Shown here: positions 52,578-64,000 of the stretch, one piece after another
How the letters are laid out: each line of letters begins with the position of its first letter
Position numbering within the stretch: the first letter of the stretch is position 1
Assembly (NCBI GenBank): GCA_016748015.1
Contig: JAAOMT010000659.1
Location: 685,222-749,221 of the forward strand
DNA length: 64,000 nt
Direction: 5' to 3'
Source: Geosiphon pyriformis uo1
Lineage: Eukaryota > Fungi > Glomeromycota
Program-made: the position numbers and the translations under genes
Notes under the pieces: generated by a model
The model's input: the letters and a program-made list of their open reading frames with translations, nothing else
Databases searched by the model: none
What the model was told of the DNA's origin: nothing

Positions 52578-54656
52578 ATGAAACTTCGTTGTTTTCTGTA
52601 TTCCCTGGTTCCACTTTTTCTATCCACAACTTCCTTTGTTCTTTGTGAAAAAACCACACAGCAACTTATAGCTGAAGGAAATAAACTATTAACCTCGGGT
52701 CACTTTGAAGACGCTCTCCAAAGTTTTGGAGCTGCAATCAGTTAGGGGAAACGGGTTTCTTTCTTGTTTTTTTTATAATCCTAGCTTGGGACTAATATTT
52801 CCTTTTTGTAATATCCATTTATTGAAACCTGAAACCAGTCAAGGACCCCTCAAATTACTTATCGTATTTCAAACGTGCCGCAACATACTTGTCTTTGGGA
52901 AGAACTTCCTCTGCACTCGAAGATTTTACCAAGAGTTTAGAGCTTAAACCTGATTTTGATCAAGTTTGTATTATGCAGAATATTTGAGCAGATTTCTTTT
53001 TCGAAACAGATCATCTCATCTACGTATAATCTGACCAATGCAGGCTCTTTTGCAACGGGCGAAAATATATGTCAAAGAGGGCTCATATCTCGATGCAAAA
53101 CGTGATTTGAGAAAGTATCTCAAAAGAAATCCACAAGACTCGGATGCTAAAAAGCTGGTATATTTAAACCTCTACTTTAAAAGCTCTAATGACATCACTT
53201 TAACGTTACTATTTCCTTTAAAATAACTGGGATTTCATATCAAAAGTTGGCGTCACTTAAAGAAGCCGAGGATGCAATCAAAGCAGCCGATGCCTCTTTG
53301 AAATCTCAGCATTATGATGACTGTATCAAGAAATTGGCTATTGCAATTCAGATCTCACCGCACGATTCACGATTACGACTAACTAAAGCTCAATGTCATC
53401 TCCAGAAAGGTGAAGTTCAGGAAGGTGCAAGAGACCTCACGTAAGTGAGTCTAGTTAGATTCCCCAGCATAATTGCAAATTCTTGGTACTAAGATCGATT
53501 TTTCAATCTTCAGTCAAGCTTCGAAATTAGATCCGTCAAATCTTGAGACTTTGATGCGTCTTTCCAAACTCAATTATTTTGCCCTATACCAACCTGAACA
53601 GTCATTGAAAATGATTAAACAATGCACCCACTATGATCCGGACAATAAAAAGTGCATAAAAATATTTCGAAGGATAAAAAAATTAGAAAAATCAGTAGAA
53701 TTTGTTAAAAACGACATTGAGGGACATCGATGGCAATCAGCTATTAATAAATTGTTTGGCATCGGAAAAGAAAAAAGCTCAGGACTTGTTAAAGAAATCG
53801 AAGAAGAGCGCAGAGGTCTCAATGAAGGTCGTGGAAGTCAAGACCTACTGATAAAACTATTTGGATGGGCATGTAAGGCTTATAAGGAGGTAAAAACTAA
53901 TGTCAAGTAATGTTAATTTCTCTATTATTCTTCTTCGGATCATTTATTTGCTACTTTTCTATAATAACATTTTAAACTTAGTTGAAAGACAGTGACAATG
54001 CAATCAAATGGTGTACCTCAACTCTGAAGTTTGATCCTCAAAACGTAGATGCTTTAGTAAATCGTGGTGAAGCGTATATATTAATTGGAGATTTTGAAGC
54101 TGCAGTGCGAGACTATACTAAAGCCCAAGAAATTGCTGGTGAAGAAAACCAAAATATCAGAGAAGGATTCCAAAAAGCTCATCGCCTTTTGAAAACATCA
54201 AAGTCCAAAGACTATTATAAAATATTGGGGGTTCCTCGCTCAGCAAGCAAAAAAGATATAAAGAAAGCTTTCCGGAAACTTGCCCATCAATGGCATCCAG
54301 ATAAATACCAAGGGGATTTATCTCGAGATGAAGTTGAGGGGAAAATGAGTAGTATTAATGAAGCTTATGAGGTTTTAAGTAATGACGGTAAGGCATTTTC
54401 CTATCCTTTGACATTTTAAGCCTCAACTATCAAAACTAATAATTGATCCTTAGAAACTCGAGAGAGATTTGACAATGGGGAAGACCCAAATGATCCAACG
54501 GGTGGTGCTCAACACTTTTACGCCTCTCAAGGTAACCCGTTTGCCCATTTCGCTCAAGGGGGTGGTTTTCCATTCGGTGCTTTCCAATTCGGTTCATCCC
54601 ATGGCGATGGAAAAGGGGGTGGTCAGACTCAATTCGATTGGAAGTTTGCTTTTTAG
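52578..54656 (+). CDS. DNAJC3: ER TPR + J-domain co-chaperone (DNAJC3/P58IPK/Jem1-like), multi-exon
   Basis: Signal peptide [18 protein letters not shown] repeats, C-terminal J domain [15 protein letters not shown] tail; GT-AG introns. Confidence 0.9.
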
Positions 54657-56809
54657 TCGAACACTTTTGTTACTTATATGGGGTTTTGATGAAATTGGTT
54701 TATTACCACCTTTGCAAAGGAAGTTCGATTTTCTAGATCTATTTAATTTAATTTCAATTGTCGGATATCTTGAAGCAGAGTTAGGGAAATTACAACCAAG
54801 GCTTAGCTGGTGGGACGGATAATCAGTACACTTTTTATGGATGATAACCGCTATGCCCTTGCTCCGTCCCCCTATCTTTATCCAAAAAAAACGAATATAT
54901 GAAGTTCATTGGGTGCTCTCGTTCATGAAGATCTTGATTTAAAATCAAATAAAAATAGTGCAAATGTATTTTTCCAATGAAGAAATTGTGAGATTTGGAT
55001 CAACCACACCGTAAAACTGAAAAGCAAACTTTGTAACGTGATATAAGACATGAGTTCGTTCCCAATCAAAACTTTGAATTTAAATTCTTTTAAGTATGCG
55101 AGCTTTTCAAAATTGGCTTCTTTTGTAAATTGAATGAATATTGCCAATTTGAAATTGAATTAAGACTGCGATTAGCAAAGAGAGTGCCAAGATTGGGGAT
55201 TATAACCACCAGTCAGTTGACCAGTTCTTTTACTTTGATTACAGTAACTGTTGCTTCTTTATTATCGCATAACCGATGAGAATCTTTTGAAGTGAATCCG
55301 TATCGGCTGCCTCGAAGTAACAAATTAAAACCATATTCATGTTTGTTTTGAAAAGATGTATTTTCTTCTTTGCCCTGGGTCCAATGATCAAGTTGTTTTA
55401 TATTATGTGTTTTAAATCAATATTAGAACGTAATGGCTGAGCGTCTACAGACTTTTGATGACTCTCAGGTACGAGATAATGATGTAAAAGAACTTTCAGG
55501 TAAAATTTTTGCAAATGGTTTTACTTTTCGATAGGAGAGATGTTAAAATTCTTCAATAGATTCCTTAAACGGGTCAAAATTTTCATCTGTTCAGTTAAGA
55601 AACCCACATATTTCAGATTAAAAGAAAGTGAAATTTTGGGAGTTGAAGCCTGGAGCTGGATTCGTAACAGTTATTTCATACAAAATGGCAAAAGTTTCTT
55701 CTAGCTCTTTTACATGTGTTTAATTAGATAGTCTTCAAAGGTGGTGGATTGAGATTTTTTTTAGAAGTGGCGACAAACAATTTCAAGGTTATAAGACAAA
55801 ATGAAATAGATCCCAATAGTGTAAATAAAATATTTCAAACAATCTAAACACACTTACCGAAGATAATTTTAAAAAATTTTCTCTTTTAACCCAATCAGTA
55901 AAGAGCGTTACAGCAAAATGCGGTAATTCTAATATGGGAGAAATTTTGACTATTCAATAAGCTCCCGAAAATCGTGAATGTCTAGAAGGGACAGTTTTAA
56001 TAATATGTAGCTTAACAATGTCTACACTTGGCAATAATTGATAAGGACCAATGTGATGAAATTAATTGCACCCTTTTTGCTCAGAAATGTATTTTCTTAA
56101 AAATATATAAGTAGGATACATGAATCGCCCGATTTTTCTTGAAAGACCAAAAAGCCTTTGGCATAACTGGGATTGGAATTAAAACAGTCCCTCATGTCAT
56201 TGAAGTAAACTCATTCACGGGTAAAAGATAATTCCGGTAAAAAAATAAGAGGCTGAGATGACTTAAGGCTTAGCTATTGCAAAAAAGTGGCACAGCTAAC
56301 ATGGCTGTGTTCTCAGTATAAAAATTCTTTATTTACCAAAATCTGAATAATTTTCAATTCCTATTACAAAACAGCTTCGCTGTGTTCTCCATTTCTATTT
56401 TGCATTTTTTTCTGCCTTAAACTATTCTAGATAGCTTATGCTTACTTAAATATTTTTTTATACCTTTCTCTTCCGTTTTTACACATGACCCAAGGAAGTT
56501 TTCACCACTTAAATTAATAAACTCCTTTTCCAGAAGAAACTTTGCAAAAGTAGCGGAAGATAATCGATTTCAACTTTTGAGTCTTTCCTTGAGCATTCTA
56601 TTAATATAACGTTTAAGGTTATTTGTATGCGTTTGGCTCTCTCTTTAATCCTATGCTTTGCCAGTTTAACCTCAGTTAATTGTTTCAAGGAAGGCAACTC
56701 AGCCATCAGGACACAAGTTACAAAAGTTTTTCTTCCCAGGTTAACCTTTCACCTTTCCCTCACAGTTTGCTTTTATCGTCATTCGTTTGATTCCAAGAAA
56801 AACAACAAG

Positions 56810-56872
56810 AACGATAACGATAACGAAAGATAACGATAACGACGACGACGACGACAACGATAACGATACCGA
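56810..56872. repeat. (GAC/GAT/AAC)n microsatellite upstream of the SH3 gene
   Basis: Visible trinucleotide/hexanucleotide run. Confidence 0.8.
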
Positions 56873-56922
56873 TCAAGTTTCAGATTTTCCTTTGACCCAA
56901 AAAGAAGCGTATAATTTGAATC

Positions 56923-59197
56923 ATGTTCCCAACAAAAAGTCCATTATCAATATTGAATTGGCTTGCAACGACAATTTTTTTAAGTCAATTTTTTCGAATC
57001 GCACGGTGTCAAAATAATGTGCCAATTATCCAGACACGCATGCCAGCATGTTTTTCACTGAATGGAAGCTCTGTTTGTTCAGCGTTTTCAGAGTTTTACA
57101 TCACTTCAGCAATAGGTTCAAAGTTCGAATTCTTATATACAGCCTCAAACATTACCCAATTCGATAGCGCATTGAAAGACTATGTGAATAATAAATTCAT
57201 AGAAGATCACTTTAGAACAGATTGTCCAAAGCTCAACTCAAGTACTACATATCCACGATACACAACTACTCTGATATGTGCTGAAATGGTTCGAGATCCC
57301 CAATCCCTTCCATGTACTCTTTTGGATAACCAAGAGTTTTATATGGGAAAACTAAATAGTACCTCACCACCGATATGCGAGTCTACATGCCAAAGTTTCA
57401 ATGAATCTGTTCAAAAAATCAGATCAAATATCACTATTTGCAATGCTAATAAAACCAAATCAGATAAACAAATATTTTCCTTATGTGCCACAGGAGAAAC
57501 TAGCAATGACACCAGTCGTTGTATATCAGGAGAGCAGAACGAGCCTTTGAATTGTGGTAAGTCTTTACATATATCGGGGATGGTGGTGGTTACTTCCAGC
57601 AATCTCGGGCTATTTGATTTTAGTAAAAATATTGATTCAGTTCAGTGAGGATATTGATTCTCATAGCAAGACATAATAATACCAAAGAAAGAATTTAAAA
57701 AAATTCTCGCGTTAAAATTTTTAATCAATAAGTTGAGTAGTAACTTGGAAAAAATAGATGGAGCCCAGAAATGAAGTTGTGAGATTTTTTGGAAGGATCT
57801 CTGGCAATGATGGAAATTTTCATTTTTTCATTTAAGAAAATTTATTTTTCATTTTAGAAATTAAAGAAAATTTATTTTTAATTTACCCATAAATTCATAC
57901 CTCTAATGAAATAATTTTCTCAATATCGTTCACAGGATTCCAACAAGACATTAACACCTTTTGTCAATATTGTCAAGAATCATCAGGAACAAGTTCAGAT
58001 CCCTGCTGTAAAAAAGCAAATCTCACTGAATGTCAATTTCCCGATAAAAAAAACAGTATGAACTCGACATCTACATTACCTCGAGAGAGTGCTCCGCGGT
58101 CATCATCTAGTCTAAGTGGTGGAACTTTAGCCGCCATCATTGCGGGGTCGATTGGATTCTTGACACTCGTTGTTGCTTTCTTCATCTTCTATCGTCGTCG
58201 AAAACGATCAGATGTAAGGAATGATGCAAATGGATTTCGTTATAGCCCAACAAAACAAAATGGAAGTAGTACTGATATATCATCGTCAGCGGCAGAGTTA
58301 GTTCCCAACAAATCAACAACAGGAAAAAATAATTCATTCATTTCTAATGAAGCGATTACTTTACCACCTATGAAACTAGTCACTGATAATGATGGTTATT
58401 CAAGAAGAGTTGAACCTGAAACTTTCAATTCTACTGTTTTAGCTTCGGTCGTTCCCACCACATCATCAATGCCACTATCTGTATTATTATCTGGAGGAGC
58501 TATGGCTTCTGGTTCAGAATTAATTGCTGAAGGAACTTATTTTTACGAGGAAGATCATTTAGTAATTGTCGTTTACCCATACGCTGCACAATTACCTGAT
58601 GAATTAGAATTAAACCAAAATGATGAGATTATCGTCAAACAAGCGTTTGATGATGGATGGGCTGTTGGTGTCAATCGTAATACTGGAAAAGAAGGTGCTT
58701 TTCCACTAGTATGTGTCGTCAGTCCCAATTTAACTGGTCAGGATTCGTTAGATCATATTAATAGTCCAGGGTTATCAGAAGCTTCACGTCATTCTTCTGA
58801 GGGTAATACACATTTTCGACAGTCAATCGCGCCCACAACAGGATCATTGACCCCAAATCGACAATTCAGCATATTAAATAGTAGTGATAATGTACCAAGA
58901 CGAAATTCAAGTATGCGTCGAAATTCAAACCAACGAAGTGTTGGAAATCTTGGGGATTATAATAGCGGTGATGTAGGTCGGAGTAGTAATATTAGTAGTA
59001 ATAGTGATAATGAAAATCGAAGCATTCTTCAAAGTCTTGTCAATATTGGGGGAAATGAGAATCCAGAGCAAAGTGACGATGACGATTACGATGATGATTG
59101 GAATAAGACATCAAATGTCCTCCAACGTAGTACTGATTCGAACTATGTCACAAATTTTGATATTGAAACAGATAATAACGGTGAACAAGAAATCTAA
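56923..59197 (+). CDS. Single-pass membrane protein: signal peptide, Cys-rich ectodomain, TM helix, SH3 (exons 56923-57556 and 57936-59197)
   Basis: GT-AG intron keeps frame (NCGF..CQYC..DPCC); [24 protein letters not shown] followed by RRRKR; SH3 [25 protein letters not shown]. Confidence 0.88.
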
Positions 59198-60106
59198 GTG
59201 CATTTTTTTTTTCTGATATTGAGACTTATTTATTTTTAATATAGTTTTTCATGTTATACCAAGCTAATTGAAAAAAAAACAAAACAATATTAGGCTAATT
59301 TTTTTAGAAGAGAATTGTAAAACAAAACAGTTGTACAGTAATTTTTTTTCTTTATGTTTTTCCAATTCCCCCTTCATATTTCCAACCGACCCCAACATTC
59401 CTCATCTTCAAAATTCATCCTTAAAAATTGATATCCAAAATCTCAATTTTGGATCTTTTTCTTTGGCAAAACTGGGAGCATTCATTGTAATTATTTTCAT
59501 CCAATCAAAAGAAAAAAGGAAAATTATTAAATTAATCAGATTTCTCTTTTTTTTCATCATAACGATGAAAATGATCGATATATTAGCAACACTATCTTGG
59601 AGAACAAGGGTACGACATGACACACATATGCATCGGGAATTCAAAAAAACCATACAGTCTTCAACGAAATGTACAAAATGTCTGCATAAAAAATAAATGA
59701 CAAAACTTTAACTTTGTATCAGGACGCATGGAAACCCTACATCATTTCCATTCTGAAAAATAAACAAATCCCCAATGATCAACGAAATAAGTAACTATGG
59801 GTACAGTACACTTCCTATTATGGTGATTTCTTAATATAAGTTTTTCCACATCAGAAGATTGATTGATTGACAAAAGGGATAGAAAGGTTTCATCCAATCG
59901 GGGAAAATAATTATCAATGAACATTTTTTTTGATTGTCCGCCCACATAATCAAGATGCAATGTAATTTTCAACTTATTATGCTAGTACAAATCGAAAATA
60001 CCTCTATTTATTTATTTTTGGGTTTTTCTTTTCAATTTTCTAATAAGCCCAATTTAGAAAAGAGCTTCAGTGGTAATTTCCAGCTTCGAATTCTGTACTG
60101 TCAACA

Positions 60107-60107
<1 letters not shown>

Positions 60108-60143
<36 letters not shown>
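60108..60143. repeat. (ATG)n microsatellite
   Basis: About 12 perfect units. Confidence 0.9.
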
Positions 60144-60145
<2 letters not shown>

Positions 60146-60569
60146 ACATTAGAATGATCAAATCTTAACTTATAATTTGGGGTTTTTGAAAGATTGAACA
60201 ATGAGTTATAATTTGCCAATTTTCTTATAATGAAACTTAAAAAATCTTTAATTTCTAATTATTTTTTACTTAAAATCTTTAATTTACAGTCAAATCTGAA
60301 ATAACCTATATTGAGATAACTTATAATCTGTAATAAGCTATAGCATTTTAAATCTACCAATTTAGTAGTTAAAAAATTTCTATGTTTATAATCCATATCT
60401 GTAATACCCAATAATTCATAATTTTTTACTGTTAGTATAAGTTATCTTAAATGTTGGATTTAGTTTAAATTCTGCTAATTTTAGTAAAATTGCAATAAAA
60501 CAAATCAATATTTTTATGATTAAAAATACTATATGATAATATAACATTACTTATTCAACAAAATAATTA

Positions 60570-61050
60570 TTAATTATGTAAGTAATCAAGTCAGAGTTTC
60601 AAATTATTCTAAGTTCTAAATTATCATCAATTATATAAATAATTAAGTTAGAGTTTTGAATTGTATTAAGTTTTAAATTATTACTAATCTTATAAATAAT
60701 CAAGTTAGAATTTCAAATTGTTTCAAGTTTTAAATTATTATAAATTGTATAAATAATTAAGTCAAAGTTTTAAATTGTTCTAAGTTATAAATTATTATTA
60801 ATTATATAAGTAATTAAGTTAAAGTTTCAAATTGTCTCAAGTTCTAAATTATTATTGATTGTATAAATAATCAAGTTAAAGTTTCAAATTGTTTCAAGTT
60901 TAAATTATCATTAATTGTATGAATAATCAAATCAAAATTTTAAATTGTTCTATACTCTAAATTATTATTAATTGTGTAAGTAATTAAATCAGAATTTCGA
61001 ATTATTTTAAGTTTTAAATTATTATTAATTGTGTAAATAATCAAATTAGA
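60570..61050. repeat. Tandem array of ~57-bp units (~8 copies)
   Basis: Recurring AAGT(C/T)A(G/A)AGTTTCAAATTG...AAGTT(C/T)TAAATTAT at ~57-bp spacing. Confidence 0.85.
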
Positions 61051-63809
61051 TTTTTGAATTAGTCTTATTTAATTAGAATCTTAATTGTACTTTTAATTTT
61101 ATTATGTTTAATAGCAAAAAACATGCTATCTTTTTAGCTTGTATTTCACAAAGTTGTAAAAATGTTATACTTTATAATAAGCCTATAGTGTTTAATTAAT
61201 ATTATATAAATGATAAAAACCAATTAAAAACTGCAAAACACTTTAAAAAAAACAGTTTTTTATACATGAAACAGTCTTTAGTTTTGGCTTAGGTCAAAGA
61301 TAAACCAAATTTTTGTTCATAAACAAATACAATATATGACTTAATTAGCAAACATATACATACAATATATAATTTTGACTTTAATAAAGCACTTGTTATT
61401 TTTGTTTAAGAGACAAAATTACATAGAATAATATTTACTAAAAATATAATTTGAGTTGCTGACATAAAGTTTTATAATCAATTAAATATTTCAGAAAATA
61501 AACACCAAAAATTATCTAATAGCTGGCTTAAAAGCTTTAAAGATTGTGTTGTATTGTATTCACTTTACTTTTATGGTAATCTATTATCAGCCAATATTAA
61601 GTATATTAAAGATAAATAAGTAAATATAATAATACTTTTTGCTAATTAAAAGTTATATAATATTTTATATCATATTATTAAATCAAAGTCTTACTACAAT
61701 ATTATATTATAACACTCAAATAATCAAAAATATAACTGATACTTGTTTTTATAACCAATGCTAATAGAATTAAGTATTTGCTATTACTTATTATTGGTTA
61801 TATTAAACATCTATGTTGTTTTTAAAAGAAAACAAAAAAGCAACTTGGTTTTAGTATTATTTAAACATTTATTTTTAGATAATTAGTAATATTTTTTGAC
61901 AGTAATTTGTTGATTGAAACTATTAACTACATAAAAAAAACCAAAACATATTATTATTAGTAAATAATTTTGTTAACCACAATTATAATACAAAATCTAT
62001 TACAAATATTTATATAAAATAGTTTGTTTTTAATTTAACTATATATTTAGCTTATAGATATTAGAATTATTTATTGTTTTAAGACACATTATTGTTGTTA
62101 TTTTTTTTACTATGTATTGAATTTTTTTGATAATAGTACTAATAATATTTATGTAATTAATCAACTTTAAATAATATGTTTAATTTATAGAGCATAAAAA
62201 AAGTTTTAAATGAAATAATTACTTATTGTTAATACAAAATTGGTATTTTTCTAATTAATATAAATAACAACTTTCAAAATAAAACTATAACTTGAAAATA
62301 ATAATTAATTATAATCAAAAAACAATATTAGAAAAGATTAAGAATTGTTACAAAAAGTTTAATTGTATACAGCTAAATTATAAATACTTATCAATTAAAA
62401 AGTTAATAAATCTATCTGAAAAAAACAATATAATTACTTTAAAACATCTAAATAATAATAAAATTACAAATTATATTATAATAAATCATAAAACAAAACA
62501 CAATAACTCTAATAAAAAACAAGAAATATAGAAAGTATTAAGTATTAAGAATGCACTAATTGCTATTACAAATTTTAAACAGTTTATAAAGCTTAAAAAT
62601 AGCAAGAAATTTTATAATGTAATTAGTAAACTTACTTATATTAAATATATACTTTATAAAAGAATACAAAATAAACAAAAACAAATAACTCTTACAAGTT
62701 TCTTTAATATTGTATGAACTATTTAAAAAATTTTATAAGAATATGCAAATAAATTTATTTTTTAATAATATTATATCAATTTTTATTATATGTATATTAT
62801 ATATACTTAAATTTAAAAAAACTTATAATTTGTAATAATTTATAGCAATTTGTATTTATCAAAAATATGAATTATTTTAAATTTAACTGTAATTATTTTT
62901 ATTTTTATTTACAATATAAATCAAAACTTAGATAATTAACAAATACAATTATTAAAAAAATATATTTTAAAATATAATATTATTTTTATAAAATTATTAA
63001 TAATTTTAATATAAATATATAAATTTGATTATATAAAAATTATTATTATATATTTTATTTATTTTAAAAAAAAATTTTTTTGTATTAAGTTAAGATTTTA
63101 AAATTAACAAAAATAAAGAAATAAGTAAATTTTAATATTAATTTACAATTAAAATTTACCTAATTATTATATAAGTAAAAAATTATTTAAATATTAAATA
63201 TAATTAAAATATTTAATTAAATATATATAAAAATTTATATTTTATTTTTTTCTAATATTATTATAAATTTTTTATAATTAGTATATGTTTTTTAAATTAT
63301 TAAATAACTAATTCAAATTTTATTTATTATTAATATTTACATATTAAATAAATAAATTAAATTGTATAATAATTAAAAATATTAACAATTATTAATTAAT
63401 ATTAACTATTATTTAACTAATATTTTACAAAACAGTTTTATTTAAAAAAAAATTTAAAAGTATTTTTTAATTTTATTTTAGTATTATTAATAATATTATT
63501 AACATTATTATTAATTTTAACTATATATTTTTTTATAATAAAAGTCATAATAAATCTTATTTTTTTTAAAAAAATATTATTACTTATAGCTATTTTGTTA
63601 ATAATAAAATTTGGTAAAATATTAGAGCTCTATTTAATTATTGTTTAAATTTTATGCAATTATTTAATAAAACTTAAAAAAAATATTATATGTATTATTA
63701 ATATTTAAATTATATTTATAATATTAATAAATCTTTTTTTTTTAAGTTTTTTATTAATTTATTTGTACTAATTATAGATATTATTTATATATGTTTTTAA
63801 AATTATAAG

Positions 63810-64000
63810 GAAAAAACTTCTTTCTCTCTTTCGTCCCAAATTCTTAAAAAAGAGTTAAAAAGTTTTTGAAAGAAGTTTTTTACAATTCAGTATAATAAAT
63901 CTAAACTCTTTATTCTTGACTATGAGGCTACTGTTGGCTGTAGTATTGCTATTATGAAGAAGACTATTAAAGTTTTTGGTTTTAGTGATGGCTTCAGACC
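63810..64000 (+). mobile_element. 5' end of a second LINE of the same family (cut by the window end)
   Basis: Matches 33913-34115 (AAAACTTCTTTC... FTIQYNKSK..DYEATVG..MKK). Confidence 0.85.

Noticed and set aside
54923-56833. Small ORFs between DNAJC3 and the SH3 gene
   Set aside because: No recognisable motifs or exon structure; probably intergenic or UTR sequence.
59268-59972. ORFs downstream of the SH3 gene
   Set aside because: Low-complexity, AT-rich, 3'-UTR-like sequence with no homology cues.
60570-61050. CRISPR array
   Set aside because: Units are contiguous degenerate tandem copies with no unique spacers; eukaryotic context and no cas genes.
61100-63800. Eroded transposon coding remnants, including ORF 62292-62531
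   Set aside because: Too AT-saturated to assign a family by eye.

Overview
Eukaryotic, most likely fungal, genomic DNA. The spliceosomal introns and transposon style resemble Glomeromycota such as Geosiphon; this is from recollection and unverified. Positions 1-50 kb are a nested pile of decayed retroelements. (1) Four minus-strand copies (A0-A3) of one Ty3/Gypsy LTR family ('A'). (2) One full-length plus-strand Gypsy element of a second family ('B') with a dUTPase. (3) A solo LTR of a third family ('C'). (4) A full-length APE-RT-RNase H LINE inserted in an extremely AT-eroded older A copy. Positions 50-60 kb form a CpG-rich gene island with CDC123, a divergent DNAJC3/P58IPK-like gene and a Cys-rich/TM/SH3 membrane protein. 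Positions 60-64 kb are AT-eroded repeat DNA with a 57-bp tandem array and the 5' end of a second LINE. The main result is that both divergent Gypsy families share an unusual design. Integrase is a separate ORF after the RT-RNase H stop, a related ~218-aa non-env ORF3 follows it, both use an elongator tRNA-Met PBS, and their U5 regions carry boxes complementary to that tRNA's anticodon arm. All retroelement ORFs are broken mainly by C>T/G>A transitions.
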